A stretch of 64,000 nucleotides of DNA, taken from Kudoa neothunni. Taxonomy: Eukaryota > Animalia > Cnidaria. The position numbers were made by a program, and so were the translations under genes. The stretch is taken from the NCBI GenBank assembly GCA_964304625.1, contig OZ199839.1, positions 2,684,519-2,748,518 of the forward strand. The letters run 5' to 3'. The notes beneath the pieces are model-generated. The model was not told the DNA's origin, did no database searches, and saw nothing but the letters and a program-made list of their open reading frames with translations. How positions within the stretch are numbered: the first letter of the stretch is position 1; every line of letters starts with the position of its first letter. Positions 1 to 12,900 of the stretch are shown here, piece after piece.

Positions 1-1126
1 GCACCTCCTGAATAGTCAAATGGGTATAATTTAATCCCGCTGCATTTGAAACCGTAGACTGACGATGTAAATCCATTAACATCAAGATTGCGTAAACGAT
101 TTCTAAAATCATCCTGACTATTATTATTCAAGTTGGCTAAATTTTATTATTATAATGAGTGGTTCGAAATTAGTACCTCTAATATATTCGTGAAAGTTCT
201 GAGACCTTAAATTTTTTATCCTAAAATAGTTGAATGATTCAGAGTCGGTGTCTGCATTTAATTTGATTGTTGTACATAAATTAATACATTTTTGCTCAAA
301 ACATCGACTTTCATAACTACCATTCACTTCACTTTTGAATTCATAATAGCATAAATCACTGTTATATGGATGATCATTAATAAATTTAAATTCATGAGGA
401 ACTAACGAAACCTTCCCCATGATTTTATGAGCTACTGATGAGACTAGAAAATTGGTTTTCGTGTGAAATTGATATGTTGGTAAGAATTTGTTGAGCGTCA
501 ACTCATAAACGGATTCCAAATCGATTCTTTTTGAAATAATAATTTGTTTGTCTGAATTGGAATTTCTAGCAGTAGTTGGTTTTGCACTTTTAAAATAAAC
601 ATCATTCATTAGTAATGGATGCACATGTGTATCCTTATGCAAATATTTTGGTATCGAGAATTTTATCTCCGTCTGTAGAATGTTCATTGGAAACGATTCT
701 TTCATAAAATAATAATCTGTGCATTTCAATAATAAATATCCATTGGATAATACATCTTAATACCTTTGTTAAGTTTGTATGCTTTTGTTACTGTGCCCGA
801 TTTTATTTTCAGGAATACATTTAAAGAATCATCCAGTATAACCTTGTGTGTGTAAGGGTCCATTTCATTATGAGTGAGCTGGTCAATTTTATGTTCATTT
901 GGCGACTGTTGTTCGTCAGCCCAAAAGAATTTGTACTCCGTAGGGAAGTCACCATCATCATGAAAAACGAATGCATATTTTAAAGTATCTTCACCTTCTT
1001 TTAGAACAACGCTTTTATATTTTAAACAGTCTATGTAATGTATAATTTATATCAAATATAATAATTATTGATACCGTTTGGTTTGTGATATAAAAATAGC
1101 AAATAAATAATAAAACTATATTTCAT
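1..1126 (-). CDS. Orphan secreted/surface protein with Cys-patterned beta-rich domains (3' part runs off the window)
   Basis: ATG at 1126 starts a signal-peptide-like exon (MKYSFIIYLLFLYHKPN). Three phase-1 GT-AG introns (1074-1031, 763-717, 176-137) join exons into one open frame that includes most of ORF 124..729 and continues to position 1. No family recognised. Confidence 0.7.
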
Positions 1127-1476
1127 TTTATCTAATGGTTATCGTCGTTAGCCGGCAAGTTTATATAGGGATGAATGAATAGACGAATTAGTATTATCTT
1201 GTAGGGTTTCCTGATCAATACGAGATTATTTGGAACCAATCTGATATTCGTCGTATTCATTCAAAAATTCATTAAATTAAAATAAGTTTTATCATTAAAA
1301 TTTTTGTCTCATAAAGTTAAACATAAATAAATAATACACGGAGAACAATTTTCAATGTATCAAAATTAATAATAATAATAGGGAAATAATTTACTGAGTA
1401 ATTATATATTTTCTCTGTTTTTATGTATTTCAACATCTTATAGAAACTACCAAAATGAGAGTCATTAATCTTTCTA

Positions 1477-1678
1477 ACCCTAGAAAGCTCACCAAAAATA
1501 GTTACACAAAGGCTCAATGGGTCCCGTTTTGGTCCAAGTATAAATTGGATAAAAAGCATACATAGGATGAACAAATATTTTGACTCCTGTAAATATAATT
1601 ACATAAAATTTATGATATAATTTTATAAGCATCTAATTAAATTTTGGACCAAAAACGGGCCCACTGAGGTTTCCAGGG
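1477..1678. mobile_element. Short piggyBac-like MITE
   Basis: Ends CCCTAGAAAGCTCA...TGAGGTTTCCAGGG in CTAA (TTAA-like) context. An internal inverted pair is present (CTCAATGGGTCCCGTTTTGGTCCAAG / TTTTGGACCAAAAACGGGCCCACTGAG). Confidence 0.55.
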
Positions 1679-3832
1679 CTAAATTTAAATGACGTTAACT
1701 TTTTAATTCCCCATCGTTTTGCGCTTCTACCCGTTGGAGGTAATTTTTTCTATCGTGGTTTAAATGGGAGAATACGGCGACAGGTAGAACAATTTAATTT
1801 GGAGTAAATCAACTGTGTTTTTAAGTGCGCTACTGTGATGGATACGCTCCATACCGATAAAAAAATTGGTTAGATATGTCAGAGGTCAGCAAATCAATCG
1901 GGTTGCGGTTGCGGAGCCGAACGGTTATCCTAAGATAGAAGACGGCCGAGAATATATACCATATTTCCACGAAAATTAAACTCAGTCGTTAATTTTACAG
2001 AAGGTATACCTAATAGATCTTTTATAAGGCAGGTTTTATATTTCTGGCATCAAATCAAAAAGATTATACTCCTGTGACTATCTAAGAAAGAACTGTAGAG
2101 TGAGTTTATTTAGCTGACAGTTATTATTATATTCGTAGAAAACTTTGTTTTCTATTAAATTATTTATAAGCATAATATACACCTATAGTAGAAGATAAAA
2201 ATAATGAGAGTTATTGAGTAAATAAAAGATAAAACAAATTAATAAAATTGACGACTAACCCTATAGTTTAGTGATGTGTCTAATAAAGTCAATTTTTGGT
2301 CCAGGAAGAAACATCATTGCCGACTACTAGTTTATGTCTGTTAGTTATTTCAGGAATTATTGATGATTGGGATAATGAATGCTTGTAGCCCCAATAAGGG
2401 GAGAAATACCATCTAAATTCTTGCCGCCCAAAACACGTGAATAACATTCATTTTTTTTGCATTTACAAAAGATTTAACATTGGGGTCTTATGTTCCCAAA
2501 AGAGATAAATCCGTTACATTGTTAAATTCATTTTACCACAATCCGACAGTTGATTGAGATCATTCAAAAAAGCTACCAGATATCATATCTTTGCAATCAA
2601 ATAAAATGCGACTTGACAAAATAGATCAAATATGTGCGAACTATTCTACTTACCGAATTACAGCAAAATGTCCCATTGTCATATTTCACACAATTTTAGC
2701 TATGGTGTCAATAAATGTGTGTTACATATTGGATAAAGACATAAAATAATTCGACGAAATGAGTTTTTAAAGCCACTGAGTATGTAATTAATAAGGTTTC
2801 AGTTAAATAAAAAAGGTTTAATCTTTTCACGCCTAATGTTAATTTAAGATTTAAATGTAAAAGAGAATAAATATCATTTACATGACGCCCCATTTTGAAT
2901 ATTTTCCCCAAAATAATTTTAGAACATATTAGTAAATTTAGATATATTTAAACCCCAATTAACCCTATAAAGCAGTGTTTCCCAACCTTTATTCTATCGC
3001 AACCCACTTTTTTTTAAAAAAAGTTCCGTGCCCCACCTACTTTCAGAAGTGCTGAGTTTTTTAACTTAAACTGTTTACAACATTGGATATAGTTATATAT
3101 CACATTAAAATTTAAAATCAATTGTATGTGATTCCTTTATCATTAAAATGTATTTGATTGGATCTAACGTAATATATCGATGGACTTTAAAAATTAACAT
3201 CTTTAGTTCTTCATTCCGCCAAAAACAGCGTCAAATGAAACTCATAGTAATGCAACCTTCATTAGGAAGTACTTTACTAATAAAGGGACTAATAAACAGA
3301 AAATTATTAATTTTATAGACCCGAAATTAGTAAATATTATATTAGATTTAATTAAAAAAACTGTATACATGATTCTAAATGTGTCAAGGTTGAGATCAAA
3401 CCATTCTGATTCTATTCGGGTGAAGGACATGTTGAATATTATTATTATTATTATTAATTTTTATATAATGAATAATTGCATTTTGTATTTTTTATGATGT
3501 TAATCGTCACTTAAAAATAAGCGATATTGAAAACCAACCTTGAGTTTTCCAATAATTAGTTAATAGCTTTACGCAAGCATAACCTACATTTTTGAGGAAT
3601 TGCTAGTTTATTCTCGCTTTTTTTCCTAAAAGTGATGGTAACGAATTGCTTTATTATTTCCTAGCTTGTTAAATATTTCGGCGGTTACTTCTATTTCAAA
3701 TTAAGTAATAACCACATAAAACAAGTTGTTTTATCCAAGTTGGGGAATTAATTTGAAAAACCTCTGGGGTGTCTTATGCATCCCCTTCGGCACACGCATA
3801 AATCTTTTGAGTTTCGTCTTCCGTTGGTTTGA

Positions 3833-5331
3833 CCCTTTGAGAACAACCATAGGATCCACGCGCCACCATTTATATTGTTTTGTTGTTAACCATCTAATGA
3901 TATTGGGGGTCGGATCGTCTCTAACGTAGAATTGAATAATATATAACTTTTCCTCCTTTAGTTCCAATGTTCTTGAATTCAATCTATTTTTTATTAATAT
4001 ATTATTCTATGTAATCGAGGGAAATTGGACAAGTTAGGTTTTTTATTTATCCAAAACTTTAAGAATACCCTCCAACGATCATTTGATCATATGATCATTG
4101 GGAGTCGATTCGACCCCACCTTTTTATTTCATCATTATGTATATAAATTTCATTGAATTTGTTATGGGAAACATTAAAAAAATTTGCCGACAAAATTCTA
4201 AGGAAAATCCAAATTAATTCTTGAATTAATCTTATGCAACCTAATCAAACATTGCTCTTGCACAATTTCGACGATCGATTGCACTAGATAATATAAAATA
4301 TTTTTTTCCTTCAGTAATAGTTTGGTATTGAGATAATATCTATGGATTCTAAATATAATTAATTATTCCATAACGGTCAATCTTCTGGTAATGAATATGA
4401 GGATGTTATAATTGAGGATCTCTCAAGAAACTGATGACGGCGATCTTGGCATGGCATATATGATAATTCATTTATTAGCAAATATGGGTTAGTTTATAAT
4501 CTTACAAAAAGATCTACATCAAGAACAAGCCGAGAAAATATTTTTTTGACTCTCCGCCGCGCTCAACGATCTATGCGACGTTGAGAGTAAAATCAATGCT
4601 TGATCGTTGTTATTCGCGGATTGTGCAATCACCATTTTTGCGTTGATCAGTTAATTAGACGTTTCAATAAGTTTTTCAAAATTGGAAAAAAAAACTATGG
4701 GAAATAATATATTACGTAGGTAGTGATACTTTCTGGTTGAATGTTCGAATGCGTTATAATTTTTAAGCGCGCGATATCATAAAGCTACTTTTATGGGTTG
4801 TTTTAATTTCATTAAAATTTCGCTAAAATTGTAATAACTAGCATTATTAAATTAGTTCATATAGATGAATTTCATTTCATAATGGAGCCGCCATTTCCAC
4901 ATTATGTAATATTAACGATATATGGCGAAGTTGTCTGAATGCGTACATTAGCGGATTATCGAAGATTAATGGGTTAGTAAACTGTAATTTCCTCAAAACT
5001 TCCTCGATAGATTTCTTACATAGTTTATAAACTGAAACAAAATATTTTTTGGTGAAGAGAAATAAAATAAAAATGTAGATTCAATTCGACCCCAAATGAT
5101 TGTTGGAGGTAAGTCGGTTTTATGATCGTTAGAGGGTTAAGTTAGTTACATTTTGAGTAATTTCGTCTGAACTTTTTCCCATTTTATTACATAAATCTAT
5201 AAATAATAATTTTTTTCAAATTAGATGAAATTCTGGTGAAAATACATAAAATATAGCAAGTTTATTAACAAAATTTATTTTAAAAATAATGGAAAGGTGG
5301 GCTCGTGAAGCCCAAGGTTGTCTTCAAAGGG
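3833..5331. mobile_element. Non-autonomous piggyBac-type element containing a second nested one (4068-5136)
   Basis: Outer TIR CCCTTTGAGAACAACC...GGTTGTCTTCAAAGGG+TTAA. Inner TIR CCCTCCAACGATCAT...ATGATCGTTAGAGGG+TTAA with subterminal GTCGATTCGAC-type palindromes. Confidence 0.6.
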
Positions 5332-6903
5332 TTAATTGATCTCCTCCCATTTTACCATTCTCAATTCTAACTTTGATTTGGAGATGTGGGGGTTTCTTAA
5401 TGTCTTTGATTCATCTGTAAAAAAGGATTCCCGATAATTCTTTATTCAGTTGGGTAACAAAGATAATGAGGCACCTGTGAATTTCTCTAACTCTATCTTC
5501 TTAATCAATCTCTCTATGGTACTTTAATCTTCTGTTTACTATTTTATTTACACGAAAAATCCAACGAATGGTTCAATATTTTGATTTTAATTCTATTATC
5601 TATGCTAGTAGCAGATCCATTTGTTCATCTTAATTAAATACCTTAATAATGTTGATCTAAAACGTTTTTTATGAACAAGTGTCTCTATAAACGATTTTAC
5701 GCAAAGTACGAAGTCTTTACGACATATAGATCTCGCTATCATATTATATAAATTAATTAATGTGATATAAAAAACTAAAAATTTGATTAAATGCTATCTA
5801 GAGAAATTGATTTTCGTTCATTCACACGCCAAAAAATTTGCAAATAAACGTTCCTCTACCAAACTAAATTCAGAAATTGAATTTAAACTCGATGACGAAA
5901 ACCATTAAATCTCATTATAGGGTCTAATCCTGACAAAGGATTTTATTTGAGTGCGTCCAATACTCCACAATTGTAGATTTTATTTGAATTCCTAGGTTAG
6001 GATTTTGATATACTATTATGTTGTCTATTTAATTAACTACACAATTCACTGAGCGTTATTATTAAATAGTTTGTGTGAATGTTATCGGTTATGTTAAGTT
6101 ATCATCCAACAGAATATTAGGGGGGATTTTTCAATATAACAGTTAATGTTTATAATCTACGATAGTGACTGTTCTTTGTGGCCAACATAGACCACATAAA
6201 AACAATGTAATCTACGGTCATTGTTTATTTAGTTTTAATTCTCACGGCGAGTTTTTTAAATAATAAAATTTTTAATCCTAAATACCAAATTATTACGAAC
6301 CACCTTTAATCGCACCGAGGATTAATTCATTAAGAATCTGCAACGTGAATAATGTGAGAAAAAGTCATTTACCATAGTTCTTTATTTAGAACTATTTAAA
6401 TAAATTAAATAAATATTAATTATACTCGCTATTTATAATAACAATATGAATTTTGGTGGCTCATTGTATATAAATAAAATCATGAGCTCACGCAGCATTA
6501 CCACTCACATATTTACCGATACAATTAAAATAACGACATGAACCACTTAATTAAATAAAGAAATATAGAAATAAAAAACAATGAAAAAGATGAAACGAAA
6601 TTTTCAGTTTTCACAGCTCCACATACTCAATTTCTATAAGGAAATGTACAATTTAAATTTGGTATCTTAGTGAATTTTATTACATAATAAATAGATTATG
6701 AATGCGAAAGCTATCAAACAGATAATAGTTTTAAACAAAAAAAGCTAAACCAATAAATGTGTTTATTATCTCTAGATCATCACCACCGGCCTCATTGCAT
6801 ATACGCGCAGGCTCACCAGAACAGTCGGGTTGAGGTTGTTATTGCTGTCTCCAAGCTGGACTATCTCGCTTAATTTTACAATCACAAAACTGCCACATCC
6901 AAG

Positions 6904-9900
6904 ATGACCGTAGATTATAATCGTTCATCCACAAAAGTTCCGATGAAAGGAAATGTTTATGGTGTGTCAGGCCCAGGTAATGGAATAGTTAACCATTAAA
7001 AACAATCACTATAAACAACAACTATAATTTATTGTTTGTAGTTGTGATTGCTGATGGAATGAGAGGCTTTGCTATGTATGAACTCGTAAGTTGCACCCAT
7101 TAACTAAACTTTTATCAATACCTAAGGCGATGGTGTTGTTTTTGTGACTCTAGTTTAACTTTAAATTATCATTAAAGGTGAAAGTAGGACATTCAAAGTT
7201 GGTTGGTGAAATCATTCGTCTCGAAGAAGACACTGCTACAATTCAAGTCTACGAAGAGACATGTAAATGGTTGATTGGTTGTTTGCATAGATTGTAAATG
7301 AATGTAGCTGGGTTGACTGTTGGAGATCCTGTAGAGGGAACCGGTAAACCACTATCGGTGGAATTGGGTCCTGGGATTCTTGAGAATATATTCGACGGAA
7401 TTCAACGACCTTTAAAGGTGTGTTTTTTATTAGCAAATTTTTTGGATGAGATGTGATTATCACCACATTTAGGATATCTGTGATCTAACCAAAGGAATAT
7501 ACATACCTAGAGGGTTTAATGTGAATTCTATATCTCGAGAATCGAAATGGCACTTTATTCCATCAGAGACAGTCACTGTACGATGAGTTTAGTCTCGATA
7601 ACTCGTGTATATATACTTGATTAAGGTTGGCACACACATCACCGGCGGTGACATCTATGGACATGTTCCCGAAAACAACATGATCAAACACATGCTCATG
7701 TTTGTGCCGGGGAGCAGTGGAAAGGTGACGTGGATTGCCCCAGAAGGCGATTACACTATTATTGTATTAGTTTATGATGATAGAATATTTTTGAATGTGA
7801 TGGTCCTTGTTGGTAGGATACCATTGTCAAAACTGAATTCAACGGAGTGGAAACAAACCATCAAATGCTCACAGTGTGGCCTGTACGTAAACCACGTCCA
7901 ACCAGTGAAAAACTGGCAGCCAACCATCCACTCTTGACTGGTCAACGAGTGCTAGATGCTCTATTTCCGTAGATACATTGTGAGTGCGAATGAGTTTCAT
8001 CAAAGTGTTTAGATGTGCACAAGGTGGCACAACAGCCATACCTGGCGCGTTCGGTTGTGGTAAAACTGTGATCTCACAAGCTCTCTCCAAACACTCCAAC
8101 TCGGATGTGATTATATATGTGGGATGTGGTGAACGTGGTAATGAGATGTCTGAAGTTTTGAGAGATTTCCCAGAGGTAATATAACAGCTGTTGTGGTATG
8201 AATTGTTAACTGAAATGGTAACTACAGCTCAAAATCGAAGTTAACGGAAAAACCGAATCCATCATGAAACGCACCACACTTGTTGCCAACACTTCCAATA
8301 TGCCTGTAGCTGCTAGAGAAGCTTCCATCTACACAGGAATCACGTTGGCAGAATACTTTCGAGATATGGGTTATAATGTGGCTATGATGGCCGACTCCAC
8401 TTCACGTTGGGCTGAGGCTCTTCGTGAAATCTCCGGGAGACTTGCTGAGATGCCTGCCGATTCCGGTTATCCCGCCTATCTTGGTGCTCGTCTGGCGTCA
8501 TTCTATGAGCGCGCTGGTAGAGTTCAATGTCTTGGAAGTCCACTTCGCAACGGCACAGTTTCTATTGTTGGTGCTGTTTCACCTCCAGGAGGTGATTTTG
8601 CTGATCCAGTTACATCTGCCACTCTTGGAATTGTTCAAGTATTGGTTGATAATCGTGTGAATTCTGTTGTTAGATTTCTACTCAACAATAGGTGTTTTGG
8701 GGTTTGGATAAAAAATTAGCTCAACGTAAACATTATCCATCTGTCAATTGGCTCATCAGTTACTCCAAATACCTTCGTGCACTTGATGATTATTATGATG
8801 AGTTTTTCCCCAATTTTGTGGAATATCGGACAAAAGTATTTAAATTACTGGAATTCTTAAGTTTAATCTTCAATTATTAATGAGCCTGCGAAGCTTTAAT
8901 TCCTCATAAATTTATTATTAAGAATTATACGATTAGCGGCTGATTTGCAGTTATGCTTTCTCGATATAGAGTCGCCAATCGATTTTACCTAATCCCCGTG
9001 GGACCAGAGAAAAGTTATTGAGAGTGCATAACTGACCGAGTTTATGTACTTTTTGATGCTTTCGCAGGCAATTAGAAATTTCTTATATTGAAACAATATA
9101 ATAAGGTTCACAAGTATTAATTTTTAGAAAGATTTTTATCTTTTTAACATAACTAGAAGAAAAATTTATCTATGCGTTTTGATCGTTATCATTTTTATTA
9201 GTGTGATTTTTAAACGCAAAACTTTTGTAATTGGGCTTTGAAAAATAATTATTCGTTATTGAGAGATAATGGTTAACTTGCTGAATTTTTTGAAAAATAC
9301 GAGAATGATGTTATAAAATTGTTTCATGGTTAAAAGTTGAGCTACAGAGATTACATATAATTGTTAAAATAGCAATTTCAAAAATTACTATTTTAACAAA
9401 TTAAGTATATTTTAAATGTTTCATAATCATCCTCGCTTTCTTATTTTACTCAAAATAAATTGATAAATTTTTAATGTCGTTAAAAAATCGTCAAGTCTTG
9501 CAATGACAAATGTCAAATCAAAGGATGGTCTGAACAACTCCTAGAAATGGACGTATAAAATTAGCTCATAAATTATTTTCGGTCTCTTTCTAAATGTGAA
9601 TTGAATTCCAGACGTAAATTAAAGCTTACTTTAGAAAATTTGTACATATTACCATAATTAAACATTATTTTGTTGGTTGAATATTGTTGTTTTATATAAT
9701 TTAAAAAAAGACCTGTAGAAAATCTTGCAGCAATAGCATTCAATTTGTTCTACTAGTTATGGTAACAGTTTTGAGTACATAAATGACCACCCAAGAAAAT
9801 TGACTGTTTTTAAATTAAGGCGTGACGTATAATCATAAAAGCTCCTATAAGTAATGAATGTTCTTAAACTGAATTCCTTTACCAATCTTTTCACATATTT

Positions 9901-12900
9901 AATCGTCTATAATCAGTCAGTTTATAAATCAATTATAATCTATGGCATAAAATTATCATTTGATCCTCTTTTCAGGATACTTCTTTTGAATTAATCCAAG
10001 CCTATTTTATACGAAGGAATCAATTCGAGATTATTGTTTAACGTTCTAAGTAACAATTAATCAGGCCCCTCGGAGTATAGGTGGACCCCAGAATTTTTTT
10101 ATGATTTTGTTTAATAATTGTGTTTTGTATCAATCTACCAAATTATTATTGTAAGAAATGTTTTTACTAATGCGTGCACCTATATGCAATGTTCCTATAT
10201 CTATATAAATAGGACGACCGATTATTTTAAAATGGCTGATATTGGAATTCGTTAGTAACTCCACAAACACACAATATAGATTCTGGATTACATTTTATAT
10301 ATTGTCTAAAAGAAACCAAATTGCTCATCACGACATATTTTCTCCGTTGTTATAATCTTTGTTCGCCACGTTAACCTAAATGCCCTATATTTCTCTACTT
10401 GGGAAAATCTATCATTTATCTGACATTCCTCCGTAGTTTCTGCATTATCAAAGCGGAGCGTTCTTGTTAGTTGCATGAATCTGTACAAGGAAATAAGATG
10501 TTTGTATATCCTCCTACCTTCGTCACAACCAAACATATCAAAAATAGGCTCTTGGTTATCCTTATGGATAGTTATATACAATAAACATCCTTCAATTATT
10601 TCCATAATGATTCTTATCGCATTGATTGATATGTTTAATTGTTCGTTCCACTATTTCCATTGGGAAGAAATGATGAAAACATCCCGCAATACTAAAGATT
10701 CTTTGTGTGTCGTACTTAGTCACACCTTAAAGAAAATTCTTTTTATTTTCTGCCGCCACCTTGGTTTTCTTTGGTTTGATTGCAATCCATAAATCCTTGT
10801 TTTTGTATACAAGCGAATCGTCATTTTCACCACACACGAGATTTTCATCATTCTCATCGCTGAGTCTCTTTCAAATACACCAGGTCGGGTCTTTCTTTTT
10901 CATTTATGTCAATACTATCCTCGCTACTTTTCAAAAAGAAATGCATATCTACAAAATAGAAATTTGTACATGGCACGTTCCTGGCACAAAATTATTTGTT
11001 GGATTTTGGTATGTAGAATAGGTTCAAATTAAATTTCCATTTAAAAATTAATTTAAATAATAATATATTTTTAAAATATCAAAAAAACTCCTGAGGTCCA
11101 TTTGGATCCCAATTATACTCCAAAGATGTTTTTGTTATAAAATTTGTTGACATAAAAATTCCAATAAATTTATTCCTCTAAATATAAACGTGTTTTATGA
11201 GAATAGAAGAAGTTTGGATTCAAATTATTATAAACGACTGAGAAAACAGGATGGCAATTTCGTTTGGGGTCCAAATGGACCCCAGTTTACTTGGAGGGTT
11301 AAGGATTTTTCAAAGCAGAAATAGGGACGAAATCAAAATCACATAATGTAAAAGATTTACCGATTTTCATCCCAAATTTTTAAAAAATGGAAAAATAATT
11401 AACTTTTCATTATATCTAAATGATTTACAATGTAATCATTGATATAATAAATTAAAACAACGGATTTTGAAAATTAAGGTTGGAACCGAAAAGTTACGTA
11501 AAATGAATAATCCCTATTTTTATAAAGAAACTTCGTTGTAAATGACTTTTATTATTTTTAATTTTAACTGCATAAAATAAACTTTCTTTATTACTGAAAT
11601 ATTTTTAACTCTGATAATTATATAAAGAGAAGAAAAGTAAAAATACGGAAAATCGATTACCTACTGTAATTAGATGTTTCTATCGTAATTTAAATTTAAA
11701 TCATATAAACACTGAGTGACATAAACCAACAAATTAATTCACTTAACGAAGCTGGATCATACAAAAGAGCGACTCCTTTGTGTTTATTATGTAGTACTAT
11801 TAGGAATTAGGCGATCTCTTCAATTAGCTCCAAAAATCTCTTGAGAATTTTCGTAGATTTAACCAACTTAATTAATTCGCAACAATAAACTAGGTCGTAA
11901 TAATCAGAATTGGCTTCTTCAATAAGATTTTGACATCGACAAGGTTATGTTATCTATATTCTATGAAGCTAATTGTATCAATCGTCAAAGCCGTAAATGA
12001 ATGAAAGCTAACCTCGTTATTGCCATGATTTTTCCGGTGAATAGAATAATACAATAAAACTCGAGAAACTGCTTATATTGACTTCCTCGGTGCTTCATTA
12101 AAAGCGATAGAAGTCCGTTTATGTTGCCTGCCATGAATGGTGCGTCATCTCTTGTTTCATTTACCATTTCCAAGTTGTAGAAACTTTTATAAAATACCGT
12201 CACAAAATTTCAATATTTAAAAAAAAATATTGTTTTCAGTAGTTTTACCATAAATAGATCTCATGCCAATAAGCTACTCAGTAATTTCAAATGACTTTGA
12301 AACATTATGAACAAAAACAAATAACTGTGCTGTTGAATAAGTAGTTGACCCAACTAAGACAAATAGGAAGTAGAAAAAATTTTCTATTTTATTTATAAGT
12401 TGTATTTTTACATCTACAGAATGCGATGAAATTCTTCGATGAACCGTCATACGATTCAGAGCTACCATCTGAAACCTAGAAACAACTTCTCACCTGCTGT
12501 AATAATCACATTTCTCAAAATAATTGGCATTAATAAAAACCCTCCCAGTTTTCGCTATCAACAGCAATATATTATAGCTGTGCTCACATGCTGCTGTAAG
12601 ATCTGACTGCGCTGTAAATGTTGTTTGTTGTGGATGAAGGAACTTCTCCAACAGTTTAATCCTAGCGCTTCGTTTCTCATTCAATAAATTTTCAAGTCTA
12701 TGAACGGTCTCGTGATGCCTTTTGATATTTGATAACTTTAATAAAGCTACTATGGAATGAGATAGCAGACAAAAAATATTTATTCCTTATTGAGTAAAAC
12801 AGTATTTGTTGTCTAGGATTTATCGAATTTATTGTTTTCATCACAAGCTTTCTTTTTCAAATATCGGTAGTCTTAATTTGGTAGTAAATCTAATTAAGCC

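Noticed and set aside
3726-3982. Overlapping ORFs 3726..3929 and 3731..3982
   Set aside because: They straddle a piggyBac TIR at 3833 and show no protein motif.
8013-8175. Intein in V-ATPase A (as in yeast VMA1)
   Set aside because: The [10 protein letters not shown] site is uninterrupted. The large insertion in this gene is intronic.
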